Made by a program: the position numbers and the translations under genes. A stretch of 64,000 nucleotides of DNA from assembly GCF_009914755.1 (NCBI RefSeq), contig NC_060948.1; one strand, given 5' to 3'. This document shows positions 12,716 through 28,769 of this stretch, in pieces. The first letter of the stretch is position 1. Every line of letters starts with the position of its first letter. The notes under the pieces were generated by a model. That model did not search any database. It saw only the letters and a program-made list of their open reading frames with translations, and was not told the DNA's origin. This stretch comes from the human T2T-CHM13v2.0 reference genome, Homo sapiens.

Positions 12716-15700
12716 GTGTGTCATTTTCCTCTTCCTGTGTCCCTGTGTTCTCATCGTTCAGTTCCCACCTATGAGTGAGAATATGTGGTGTTTGGGTATT
12801 TCTCCTTGTGATAGTTTGCTGAGAATGATGGTTTCCAGCTTCATGCATGTCCCTACAAAGGACATGAATTCAACATTTTTTTATGGCTGCATAGTATTCC
12901 ATGTTGTATATGTGCTACATTTTCTTGATCTAGTCTATCACTGTTGGACACTTGGGTTGGTTCCAAGTCTTTGCTATTGTGAACAGTGCCACAATAAACA
13001 TACGTGTGCATGTGTCTTTATAGCAGCATGTTTTGTAATCTTTTGTGTATATACCCAGTAATAGGGATGGCTGGGTCAAATGGTATTTCTAGTTCTAGAT
13101 CCCTGAGGACTTGCCACACTGACATTCACAATGGTTGAACTAGTTCACAGTCCCACCAACAGTGTAAAAGTGTTCCTATTTCTCCACATCCTCTCCAGCA
13201 TCTGTTGTTTCCTGATTTTTAATGATTGCCATTCTAACTAGTGTGAGATGGTATCTCATTGAGGTTTTGATTTACATTTCTCTGATGGCTAGTGATGATG
13301 AGCATTTTTTCATGTGTCTTTTGGCTGCATAAATGTCTTCTTTTAAGAAGTGTCTCTTCATATCCTTAGTCCACTTTTTGATGGGTTTTTTTTTTTTTTT
13401 TCCTTGTAAATTTGTTGGAGTTCATTGTGGCTTCTGGATATTAGCCCTTTGTCAGATAAGTAGATTGCAAAAATTTTCTCCCATTCTGTAGGTTGCCTGC
13501 TCACTCTGATGGTAGTTTCTTTTGCTGTGCAGAAGCTCTTTAGTTTCTTTAGATCCCATTTGTCCATTTTGGCTTTTGTTTTGTTTTGTGTGAATTTGAT
13601 CCTTTCATTATGATATTAGCTGATTATTTTTCTTGTTAGTTGATGCAGTTTCTTTCTAGCCTCAATGGTCTTTACAATTTGGTATGTTTTTGCAGTGGCT
13701 GGTACTGGTTGTTCCTTTCCATGTTTAGTGCTTCCTTCAAGAGCTGTTTTGGGGCAGGCCTGGTGGTGACAAAATCTCTCAGCATTTGCTTCTTTGTAAA
13801 GGATTTTATTTCTCCTTCACTTATGAAGCTTCGTTTGGCTGGATATGAAATTCTGGGTTGAAAATTCATTTCTTTAAGAATGTTGAATATTGGCCCCCAC
13901 TCTCTTCTGGCTTGTAGAGTTTATGCTGAGAGATCAGCTGTTAGTGTGTTGGGCTTCCCTTTGTGGGTAACCCAACCTTTCTCTCTGACTGTCCTTAACA
14001 TTTTTTCCTTGTTTTCAACTTTGGTGAATCTGCCAATTATGTGTCTTGGAGTTGCTCTTCTTGAGGAGTATCTTTGTGGTGTTCTCTGTATTTCCTGAAT
14101 TTGAATATTGGCCTGCCTTGCTAGATTGGGGAAGTTCTCCTGGATAATATCCTGCAGAGTGTTTTCCAACTTGGTTCCATTCTCCCCGTCACTTTCAGGT
14201 ACACAAATCAGATGTAGATTTGGTCTTTTCACATATTCCCATATTTCTTGGAGGCTTTCTTTGTTTCTTTTTATTCCTTTTTCTCTAAACTTCTCTTCTC
14301 CACTTCATTCATTTCATCTTCCATCACTGAGACCCTTTCTTCCAGTTGATCCAGTAGCAGATTCAGTGCAGATCCAGTAGTAGCTGTATCTCATACAGCA
14401 GTGGTCATCCAGCAAATTCCAACTGATCTGCTACTGAGGCTTGTGCATTCATCACATAGTTCTCTTGCCTTGGTTTTCAGTTCCATCAGGTCCTTGAAGG
14501 ACTTCTCTGCATTGGTTATTCTAGTTAGCCATTCGTCTAATTTTTTTGTTAAGGATTTTAACTTCTTTGCCATGGGTTTGAACTTTCTCATTTAGCTTGG
14601 AGTAGTTTGATTGTCTGAAGACTTCTTGTCTCAATTGGCCAAAGTCATTCTCCATTCAGCTTTGTTCCATTGCTGGTGAGGAGCTGCATTCCTTTGGAGG
14701 AGGAGAGGTGCTCTGATTTTTAGAGTTTCCAGTTTTTCTGCTCTGTTTTTTCCCCCATCTTTGTGGTTTTGTCTACCTTTGGTCTTTGATGATGGTGACA
14801 TACAGATGGGGTTTTGGTGTGGATGTCCTTTCTGTTTGTTAGTTTCCCTTCTAACAGTCAGGACCCTCAGCTGCAGGTCAGTTGGAATTTGCTGGATGAC
14901 CACTCCAGACCCTGTTGGCCTGAATATCAGCAGCAGAGGCTGCAGAACAGCGGATATTGGTGAACAGCAAATATTGCTGCCTGATCGTTCCTCTGGAAGT
15001 TTTGTTTCAGAGGAGTACCCTGCTGTATGAGGTGTCAGTCAGCCCCCAGTGGGGGATGTCGCCCAGTTAGGCTACTCGGGGGTCAGGGACCCACTTGAAG
15101 ATGCAGTCTTTCCATTCTCAGATCTCCAGCTGCATGCTGGGAGAACCACTACTCTCTTCAAGCTGTCAGATAGGGACATTTAAGTCAGCAGAGATTTCTG
15201 CTGCCTTTTGTTTGGTTATGCCTTGCCCACAGAGATGGAGTCTACACAGGCAAGCAGGCCTCCTTGAGTTGCGGTGGGCTCCACCCAGTTCGAGGTTCCC
15301 AGCCTCTTTATTTACCTACTCAAGCCTCAGCAATCATGGGTGTCCCTTCCCCAGCCTCGCTGCCCCCTTGGAGTTTAATCTCAGACTGCTGTGCTAGCAA
15401 TGAGTGAGGCTCCTTGGGCATAAGACCCTCTGAGCCAGGCACAGGATGTAATCTTCTGGTATGCCATTTGCTAAGACCATTGGAAAAGTGCAGTATTAGG
15501 GTGGGAGTGACCTGATTTTCCAGGTGCCGTCTGTCACCCCTTTCTTTGACTAGGGAGGGAATTCCCTGACCCTTTGCACTTCCCAGGTGAGGTGATGCCA
15601 CACCCTGCTTTGGGTCATGCTCACTATGCTGCATCCACTGTCCTGCACCCACTTTCCAACACTCCGCAGGGAGATGAACCCGGTACCTCAGTTGGAAATG

Positions 15701-15780
15701 CAGAAATCAGCCATCTTCTGCATCGCTCTTGCTGGGAGCTGTAGACTGGAACTGTTCCTATTTGGCCATCTTGGCTCCAC
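12716..15780 (-). mobile_element. L1PA4-like element with most of ORF2 deleted: 5' UTR, ORF1, first ~20 bp of ORF2, then ORF2 C-terminus/3' UTR part
   Basis: 5' end ggtggagccaagatggccaaatagg at 15780. ORF1 fragments 13672-13869 (FQPRISYPAK) and 13921-14232 (KRPNLHLICVPESDGENGTKLENTLQ). Junction at ~13580 into the ORF2 3' part (13358-13567). Confidence 0.95.
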
Positions 15781-15917
15781 CTAATTTTTATATTTTTAGT
15801 AGAGACGGGTTTTCACCATGTTGGCCAGGATGGTCTCAAGCTCCTGACCAAGTAATCTGCAAGCCTCAGCCTTCTAAAGTGCTAGGATTACAGGCATGAT
15901 CCACCACACATGGCCAG
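15781..15917 (-). mobile_element. Alu left arm (continuation of 3547-3705)
   Basis: ctaatttttatatttttagtagagacgggttttcaccatgttggccaggatggtctc...gctaggattacaggcatgatccaccacacatggcc. Confidence 0.9.
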
Positions 15918-16372
15918 GTTATTTTTTTTTTTGTACTTGTGATAAGCGAAAAGGAAGGATAAGACACACACATATGCTAAGTAGGGCACTCTGTTCACTC
16001 AATTTTTTGCTAATGCCTCCTCATCTGGCTCATGCTGATTATATGCAGAAATTGTTTTGGAAATGTTTTATCATTATTGAAAAAGTAAACTCCTAGGAGT
16101 AGCATTCAGAGTCCAACATTATTCTTCCTTAACAACTGTAGTACCCACTTCACAGTATAACATAGTTACAGTGAGTAACTGAGTAAGCAGGTATTAATTG
16201 CTGAGAACAGTGCCTCATGATGGTGGTGAGGTGGAGTAATCTTTACAAAAAAAAGAGAAAAGAAATTTTTCAGAGCATTTTCTTGAGTAACAGAAGGATT
16301 TTTGCCACCTGATGCTCTTGGGTTTTCCATTATTAGAACTTCATATTCATGAATTTTATTTTTCCAATCTAG

Positions 16373-16473
16373 CCTTTACCACAGACAGAGGGAACTTCAA
16401 GACAAAAGTGAATTTTCAGTTGTCAACAAGCTAAATTTTAAGGACAATGACTAATTTGACTCACCTTTTAAAG
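16373..16473 (+). pseudogene. OFD1P: OFD1 pseudogene exon (equivalent to exon 18)
   Basis: ag|cctttac...tttaaag|gtaag, 101 bp. Translates [32 protein letters not shown] vs OFD1 [33 protein letters not shown] (from memory). In-frame stop. Confidence 0.9.
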
Positions 16474-16770
16474 GTAAGTTTCAACATAAGTATCAGTTTT
16501 TATAAGTTGAAGTTGTAGAAAAATTAGTTTTGGTGAAACATATCTATTGGTATTAAAAAAAAGCAGCTACAAATTGGAACATTTTTATTCTGTGATAAAA
16601 CTACAAGTACAGCTGCATCACCTCATTTTCCTATCATGAAACTTTTTATGGTTGTGTCTGTTTACTTTTAAAAATCTCAGCATGACAAATTTCAGAGTTT
16701 GAGCTAAGCTCATAAATACATCATTAACTTATCAGATTTAAAATGAGTGATTTTAGAGAATGTATTTCTT

Positions 16771-20226
<3,456 letters not shown>

Positions 20227-23102
20227 AGGAATTGGGGAAATAGATTTCGTATTTCAATTTTTGGAAAAGCTGTAACACTGGTTTAACTTAGCACTATACA
20301 AAAACTGGCCATCAGACTTCTCTTGTCTGTCCCACTTTCTTATTCCAGCCTTCTTTAAGATTACCAACTTTCCTTGCTGGAGATGGAGGGAGATGGGAAG
20401 AGAGATGTTGGAGCTTTGCACTTTTGTTCCAGGGCTGAGCAAACATCCAGGATCCTTTCTTTTGGGATCAAAGTGTTTAATCCTCAAATATGAAAGATAA
20501 TTTCTCAAGTTAAGCCACCTCTTTGTTCCCCACAAATATTGAAAATACATCTTCTTCAAAACATTACCAAAACGTCTGGTTAGCAGTTTTTTGGGTGTAT
20601 TCATGGCACTGAGGAACACATAGAATTACTTAAATAGGCAAGGGATTTTGAGAAATTGTGTTTTGCTGATTCCCGAGTAAATCTGCTTTGGAAAGCACTC
20701 AGTGAGACTTGATCTAGAGCCTCTGTCTGCTGGGCACTTTCCTTGGGGCTGAACATACAACAGTGAACCAAACCAAGCCTTTGTCTTCCTGATTTCTAGA
20801 CATTGAGGCAGATGGTCAGCAAGCCATTACCCAGGACTGCAGAAGAAACCGGTTGCAGCTGATGCATAGGTGACATGGCCACAAGAGGGAGTTTCTGACA
20901 GGCAGCCATTTTTCACAGGCCTAAGCAAGGGAATAAAAATAACATGATAGAATAAACGAAATCAACTGAGTAACAAGGTGTTCTACCTCTCAGAGAGAAT
21001 GTACATTATAATATTTGCCTTAAAATTTTTAAGCAGCATAGCGAGTAACATAGTTGTTATTGAGAAATTTTTATATTCATCATTTCACCTCTGCATGGGC
21101 ACAGATGATATGGAAAAGGCTGAAATTTGTTGTCTCTGCTATGAGGTACCCAATAAACATACTTTATTTCTTTGCCTTTGTGTCCAAAGACATTTCTGTA
21201 TTCCACCATACAGGTGCAAAATACACACCAGAGTAGAAAAGTAGTTTGTTCTTCCTATTTATTTCTCAATATAAATGTGCTTAAACAACATTGCTATTTT
21301 GAGAATACTATTCCACATAAGAAAGCAATCTCACTTTAGAGTAACTTTTGTTTCTTCTTTAAACAAGGAGGAAGTTGCATTTCTGTCTGCAGAAATTGTC
21401 CCTTTTTGTATTTTAATTTCATCAGAAGTATTGAGACGAGATGGGTGGTAATGAGAGAAAAAATTGTGTTGCTTCTCTCTTATTCATGAAACTAACTCCC
21501 TGCTGATGACTTTAAAATAAGGAAGAGCAAAAGGGTGCAGAATCCTCCTGTAAGCCTATGAATTTTTCTTGTTATTAGCATTGCTAGCTTTATAAAAAAA
21601 TAAGTTACGTGTCAGAACTTGAAGAGAAAGGTCAGTAAAATTGTTTCTGAGCATGAGATGTAATTAAACATGTGAGATGCAGAGATCTGTGCCAAGATGC
21701 AAAGGGAAGAGACAATTTATTAAAACATGGGCATTCCCTGGATAAAATAGAAGTGGACGAAACAAGTATCTGTAGGTTTTCAAGAAGCAGGTGCAAGATA
21801 TCGTGCAAGTAATGTGCTGGACTGGTTTGGTTACTTGTCCCTTCAGAAATAAGGAGGAGATGACATTTCAGTTAGGTTTTATCATTTCAGTTAGGTCATA
21901 TCAGGCTTTATGACAGCATGGGATTAATACAGGCTGAGGATACAGTAAAGGCAAATGACAAGCAAGGAAGACACAGCCATGGCCAGGCCCCAGTGAGTGG
22001 GTTGAGAGAGATGAAATATTTCTAGTACAAAGCTGGTGGTGTTACAGGAAATCGATATGGAAAGATAAAGGCAGATTATTGGAGCCCATACTACCATGGT
22101 GTTGAATTCTACCAGAGCAGAGACACTGCACAGCAGATACACAGGAAATGCCTCAGGAAATGCCTGGTAGAAATGATCACAAGTTACTAGAAGGTACAGA
22201 CTGACTTCAAGGAGAGTCCTGACTGGGCTGTTTAAGTATTTCAGGGAGATGGTGTGGAAGACCCCTGTTGCAGCTGAAATACAGGGAATATGAATGTGCC
22301 AGCGCTGGTTGCTGGGCAGATGGAGGATGGAAAGAGCATGACAAAAAAAAAAAAAACAAAAAACAAAAAAACAAAACAAAACAAAAAACTAGAATGATCA
22401 CACCCATGATGAAGCTGGTATTGTGGGGATTTCACATGTGTATAGTAGAAAACTATCAGAACTGTGGATGCAAGGGTAGGTGAAGAGAGCAGGAATAGAG
22501 GAAAAGATATGGAAAGGATCCTTATCTGAATAATAGTGAAAACCCCAGGAAGGGCTGCTGTCCATTTGGAGGAAGTGGGAAATGAACAGTGAGATGGCTA
22601 GAATGGCTGGGGGAGTGCAGGGGTTTGATGTCTGTTCTGTTTTTCAGAGTAGAACAGAGTTGAGCATCTTTATGGGAGTAAGAATTATAAAACTGATCTG
22701 TATAGAAATAGGGATCAGTGGCTCAGTCAGGGTCATACAGATAGGAGAGGTATTATAATGAAAGGCAGAGGTTGAAATGTAGGCTTTGCTGTCAAGAAGA
22801 GAAAGGAGATCTGTGTAAAGGACAAGAACCTGTGACATGGAGGGAGGATATGTCAGTTGGAGTCGGCCATGATGAGGGTGACTTGTATTCATCTCAGCCA
22901 AGTGAAGTGGAATGCAGTGGCAAGGAGTGGGATTGGGGGCCTGAAGTCAATGAACAGGGAAGAGCAACTTGAAGCAGGTCACATGTCAACCAAAAGCCCA
23001 GCAGAGTCTCTCCGGATCTTGGCAAGGACTCCTGCAGAATGGTCCTGCATTCATTTGAACAATGTGATACAGGCAGCAATTCTTTATTTTCTGTTCTATT
23101 AG

Positions 23103-23257
23103 ATCTAGATCAGAAAGAAATTGAAGAACAAAAGGAAGAAGAAAAAAATGTGGAAACAGCAAGTGAAAGAATGAAGGCAGAGAGAAGAAAAAAAGGCAGA
23201 GTAACCTACATTTTAGAAAGGGAACAGAGGGAACTAGAAAAACTGGATCAAGAAAGG
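23103..23257 (+). pseudogene. OFD1P: OFD1 pseudogene exon (equivalent to exon 20)
   Basis: ttctattag|atctagatcagaaagaaattgaagaacaaaaggaagaagaa...caagaaagg|gtaata. DQKEIEEQKEEEK...LEREQRELEKLDQER vs OFD1 VDQKQIEEQKEEEK...LERERRELEKLYQER, with internal compensating frameshifts. Confidence 0.92.
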
Positions 23258-24453
23258 GTAATAATTATGACTTAATTCTCTGTACAAGTTGCTGCATTGT
23301 TCACCTTTAGTAACTACATTGAGGTGAGTGAAGGGAGTCAATTAGTGTCCAAATTCAGAGGAGTGGCAGGTGCCCGAAAAGGAATCCCTGTCCTCTTCTT
23401 GTCTTACAAGCAGTGAGAAATGCTGTGTAGAATATGCAGCTTAGGAGTTTGGTAGTAAATGGTTGTTTTTGAAGGTAATTTTTGTGCATTCTCATCTGAT
23501 CCTTAAATAAGGCTGTAAAAAAGTAGACTGTGCTTTGCTTCAGAATGTTGCTTTGAAATCAGAGTTTAAGGAAGAGGCTGTCAGTGTCAGCTAGCTGGTA
23601 CTAGAAGAACCCAAAGGTGGAGATGGCTGCCAGTCCAAGTTTGCTTCCAGGGGCGTATGCTGCACCCCTTTTTCCTCAGGTTCTCTTCTTCACATCTGTA
23701 TTCTGATTCTTGTCCTATCAGATGGATTACTCTGTCCACTTAACAACCTTGTTAAGTCTTGCTTGAATTACTGTAACATAAGAATGTTCCCTGGATTCCT
23801 GGTTAATTCAAATCTAAAGCGCAGGACACTTGAGGGAAATTAATGGCTTCCTTCATTGAGATGATCTATTTGTTTTCCATTGATGATAGGAATGACTTCC
23901 ATTATGAAAAATTAGTTCACTGGCACACACACTGTGGGCGGGGACACACAGGGCTTCTGTGGTTTATTTTTACTTCTCGAAACAAGAATGCACATCCAAG
24001 TAATCTTTCTTCTCCGTTGAAGACAAAAAGGTGAAAAGCATAAAAAATCGAAAGTTCAGATGGAACCTCGAGTCTTTTAAAGGTATTACTCTTCCGATAA
24101 ACATTTAAGATAAAATATTTCATTCTTAAGATAAAATATTTAAGAGATTTTAGTTTGTCAAAATTTGTAAGGTAGGGTGGTTCACTGTTTTAGGACCAAG
24201 AGAAAAAAAACTATTATCATATAACAAGGACATTAGTACTGACATTAATATTTTATATGTCAGAAGCATCATGGTGTTAAATGCATACCTTATGGTTTAT
24301 TTTGATGTGCTTGCTAAATTTTGTGTTTATAAATCACTGCTTTTTTAGGCTTTCAAATTACATGTATGTTTCAAAAATGGTTCTTAGCCAAGTATTTCAT
24401 AAAATTAATGCATACCTAATTTCAAAATTCTTCCCTTTCCCCCAGGTAATCAG

Positions 24454-24520
24454 AGCTCAAGAAAGGTGATTCAGGAAGGCTCCCTATAGACATGCTTCAA
24501 TCTAGTGACAAAGTTGAAAT
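24454..24520 (+). pseudogene. OFD1P: OFD1 pseudogene exon (equivalent to exon 22)
   Basis: cag|agctcaagaaaggtgattcaggaaggctccct...cttcaatctagtgacaaagttgaa = [21 protein letters not shown] vs OFD1 [22 protein letters not shown]. Frameshift present; donor reads gg rather than gt. Confidence 0.88.
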
Positions 24521-24817
24521 GGACTTGGTTTCCCCACACTGTGTTTTATGTGTGAACGGTTAATTGCTTATTTTTTCAGCCAAAAGAAATGGTTAGAAAT
24601 TTGAGGTTGCCTGTAAGAAGTTATTGAATCAGTCAGAATTACTGACTATAAAAAGAAAGGATTGGATTTTCTAACTTGTGAAATTGATCCTAATATAATT
24701 GATAAGCAAGACCAGAAACTCCCCAGAAAATAAATTGAGAACATTACAAAGATACCAAATAAATCTGACACAAATTTTCAAAATTTTTACGTTTTAATTT
24801 TTGTCTCCCCTTTGGTA

Positions 24818-24990
24818 ATTGAACAGGATTTTCTCATGAAGGACCAGATCACTCTTGAAAACCAGGTTTGCTCTCCAGCTTCTATTGCAAATATAATGAG
24901 AAGATACATAACATTTACCCCTTTGTAAATGTTTCTCTGTCATCAGACAAAACTCTCGATAGAAATCACTGTGTAATCCAGTGTATTTGT
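24818..24990 (+). pseudogene. OFD1P: OFD1 pseudogene terminal exon (exon 23) with start of 3' UTR
   Basis: acaggattttctcatgaaggaccagatcactcttga = TGFSHEGPDHS* vs OFD1 LTGFSHEELDDSW*. Followed by UTR-like taacatttacccctttgtaaatgtttc...cagacaaaactc. Acceptor degraded. Confidence 0.85.
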
Positions 24991-25348
24991 TTTTTCCTAA
25001 TTGCATTTGATACTATAGTGTATGAACCAAGAATAATCGAGTCAAGTGAAACCCCTTTTCCAGTCATAAAATGTCTCATTCATTACACTAAAAGGAGCTG
25101 TTCTTTTTAAAAAACATTCTTATTTTGGTCTCAAATTTTTAAATGTGTTTAACCTATCTTATTTGTCAAATCTAGGCCTATATTTGGGAAGGGTGAGCTG
25201 TGTTCTTTCCTCTGAAGAGCTGGGCTGCCTTCTGTAAAACAAGAGGCCATTTTTCCCAGCACATTTCTGTTTTCTACCTGAACACTAAAATACAGATTTT
25301 TCTAGGCATTAGAAATAGTACAATATTGCCTCTGGTCTTTGCATTTGA

Positions 25349-25725
25349 TGCCTGTGGCTTTAGTAATTGTGTCCCTCCAGAATTTATATGTTGGAATTTA
25401 AACACCCCAGAATGGTAGAAGTAAAAATTCAAGATTTTGGGAGGCAAATAAGAGAGCAATTAGCGACCTTATAAAAGAACTCAATGGAACTAACAAAGCT
25501 TTTTAGCCCTTCCACCATTAGAAGACACTGTATTTGTCCTCTCTAGAGAAGGCAGCAACAAGGTGCCGTCTTGGAAGCAGAGACCAGGCCTTCACCAGAC
25601 ATGGAGACCATCAATGCCTTGATCTTGGACTTCTCAGTCTCTAAAACTGTAAGAAATTTACTTCTGGTTTTATAAGTTACCCAGTCCAATGTATTGTGTT
25701 ATTGCAGCAGGAAGGTACTGAGATA
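25349..25725 (+). mobile_element. MaLR solo LTR (MST-type), unit 1 copy
   Basis: tgtccctccagaatttatatgttggaa...gccgtcttggaagcagagaccaggccttcaccagac...ttgatcttggacttctcagtctctaaaactgtaagaaat...tattgtgttattgcagcag. Confidence 0.85.
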
Positions 25726-28623
25726 GCATCTTTATTGTGGAACCATTGGTCCTCATACTTAATGAATGGGCTTCAAGTGTTTCATTAATTTTAAAACACA
25801 CGGCTCCTTCTTTACAATTGATTTCATTTTTATTTTCTAAAAATCAACGTTTACAATGCAGAACTGGAAAAAAAAATCTCTACTGAAACCTGTAGATTGT
25901 CCTAGGTTTTTTGGCAGAATCACTGTGGATAATTTAGAGGCTGCCTGTGATCACATCTATGTATTATTTAGTTTCCTGTCTATTCATGTGACTTAAATAA
26001 TTGCACAAAATGCTACTTAAAAGTAGGAAGAAAAGAAGGTGACAAATAGCACACTAATTGAACTGTTGACTGTTTTTCTGTCATGTATGAATAAAGGATG
26101 ATGATCCAGAGTCAGCACCTCAATGAAGAGTAGGCATGTGTCAATAGTGACAAAGGCTAGGCCTCACTAAAAAAGGTCAGATGCGGACAATCCAAATTCA
26201 GAATTATATTGACAAATAAGGAGTTGAAAAACATTATATAATAATACTCTGAGTAACATATTTAGCTCTGCAACTCTAGAGAGTAATTGTTAGAACTGGT
26301 TGCTCTATATTTCTGAGTAAATCTTTCAATTTTTATACCATCGATTTGAAAAATAAACAACTACACATGGGCACTGATTGCTTGTAATTTGCACAAGTTT
26401 AAGCCTTGTTAATCTCATAGGTAGGTGGCTTTTATTTGTTTCAAAACTAGTCAGGAAAGTACTTACTATATACAGAAAACTACAGAAGTGCTTTTGGCAC
26501 TTTTATACCCAGTACAGCCCGGTAGATTATAATATTTTCTTAAATGGCTGAAGAAAATTTTCCAGAAATAAACCAAGTAGCACTCACAGACTTGACTACC
26601 ACACCAGTGTGAAATCTTTACTATGCACATTATTCAAAAGTCACAGCATACTAGGGAAAAAGAAAGATAAGATTTGTATAAAGTAAAAAGGCAAGTGAAT
26701 GAAGCTATACTTTTATTTCATTTCTCTTAATATATCCACAACTATTTTCACCAATATAGATCTTTAAAATAAGCATAGACAAGGATTAACTATTATCTAC
26801 AAATACTTATTGTAACACTTGAGTAGAACAATAGGAAGCCCTTGACACTGATTGACAATGTGGATTAACTGTTAGATTACAAAAAATTATACATAGCAAA
26901 ATTTAATTCTCTTTACATAAAAAATAAGGCTACATAAACAAAGCTTTCAAAAGTTTCTGACAATAGCTACCAGAATTAGAAAGTTAAAATTAGACTTGAG
27001 GCACTACATCTTCTGCAATACTGGACTCTGAAGGCACCACCATTGCTGGAAATAATAGTTAATTTTGTCATGCAACAGGAAAACAAAACACGTAACTATT
27101 TTGGAATATTTGTTCTATACAGAAGAGAGCTTCTCTCAGTTAAAATTAAAAAATCCCAAACAGGCATTTTTATAGAGTAACCAAAAAAATAAAAATAAAA
27201 AAAAAGAAAAACCCACTGATACATGTGATACTTGATGTTCAAATTTAATAGCATCCATATAAAATTGTACTTCCTTTCTTAATTTTGAGTACATTTCTGC
27301 ACATGTGGTGCTCTCAAATCCAGGAAACAGCCAAATCACAAGTTAAATTTTAAGGTGAATATACACAATGGATCCTGTATTAAGCAGCCCATTTGAAAAA
27401 CACTGATGTACCTAACAGTTATGTAGAGTATTTCATAAAGAACTGCACAGAATTTACCATCACTAACACACTGTAACTATAGTCACTGAATATCTGGAAT
27501 ACAATAAGGCAGAAGGCAAATTTCTTTTGAAAATGTCTTAAACTCAGGAAGTTTTCTTATGCAACACCAAACTTTGTTATTCCAAGGAATTAAGATTTAG
27601 ATAAGAAGAAAATGAAATACCAACCCTAATTTAAATTACTTACATCTTCAAGTCTATAGAAGTCAAAGGTTACAGATCTTTGGCCAATTTGAAATTAGGT
27701 TTTAGATAGTGGATGTGAAACTGTTTACCCAGAGCACTGAAAAATAGTTTAAACTGGTGGTTGTTTTGGTGAGGTAAAAATTCTTAATTTAAAAAAATAC
27801 ATAGAACGAAATTCTGTGAAAGATATTTAGGTCATTGGTTTTGATATAAATTCTGAAAAATGTATACCAAATACTCTTTAAGGCAGAGATGACATTTATT
27901 TCTCAAGGATAATAAAAACTAGATCAGTATTTTGTTGAAATAAAACCTATTATAAAAGTGCTTCTGGAATTCTTGTCAATGAGTCTGAATCTAGATTTTT
28001 TAGAGTATCTAGTAGAGTCAGCAGAATTGTACCTACTTTTAGGATTATTGAAAAATATTTTCTTCTTGGCTGAGGAAATTAATGGGACACGGACTTCGGA
28101 GAGAAAGCTAATTTAAAAAGTCATGAGATGAATCACGTTACTTATGCGCCAAAGTTTAATAAGTGCCAGCTGTCAGAATTGAAACTTCACACCAATTTCA
28201 CTTTATTTCCTATGTAGGTAACACTTATTTGAGAATAGATAGCATATATATGAATTTATCGTCTCATCTTTTGATGCTGGCATGTCACAGGTCCTTATCA
28301 AAGAGTATCACATATTCCATTGAGTGTCTTGAGAGAAATGTTCTAGCAGCAAATGTGAATGTGCCACAAATTTCCAGAGTGAAAGGTCATTTTGTCAAAG
28401 TGTTACCTTTTAAAATTGCTAACATATAACCTGCAATATTTGCTCTAAAGAAAAAGATGTACTCACTGGAAGGTATTCCGGGAGCTACATCTCAGCAGCT
28501 TGAGACAGAAAGGTGTTTGAACGTCTACTTTAGTTTGGTGGGATATACATCTGTAATGCAGAGCAGTTGTCTGATAATTTGTCAGAGCTGTCAATGTGTT
28601 GGCTGAAACACTCTGGCAAACAT

Positions 28624-28769
28624 TTATGTGTAAGAAGTGAGTTACTCCTTTTAGAGAAACTGGATATCTTGCAGTTCGTGTTCTTTCTTTGCTTTGATAC
28701 CCTGGTAAGCCTGCATTTTGCTGGCATCCATGTAAGCCAGTTAGAAGACAGTATCATGAGAAAGTGGAT
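28624..28769 (-). pseudogene. GPM6BP: GPM6B pseudogene, last coding exon (unit 1); probable long 3' UTR extends leftwards to ~26400
   Basis: ttccag|IHFLMILSSNW/AYMDASKMQAYQGIKAKKEHELQDIQFL*KE*LTSYT* vs GPM6B IHFLMILSSNWAYLKDASKMQAYQDIKAKEEQELQDIQSRSKEQLNSYT* (from memory). One frameshift and two premature stops. Confidence 0.92.

Noticed and set aside
21924-23079. Cluster of overlapping ORFs (up to 151 aa) and the 101-aa ORF at 42963
   Set aside because: Frames are not conserved between the two duplication units; purine-biased intronic or old-repeat sequence.
23039-23275. 78-aa charged coiled-coil ORF as a new microprotein
   Set aside because: It is OFD1 exon 20 with frameshifts plus intronic read-through on both sides.
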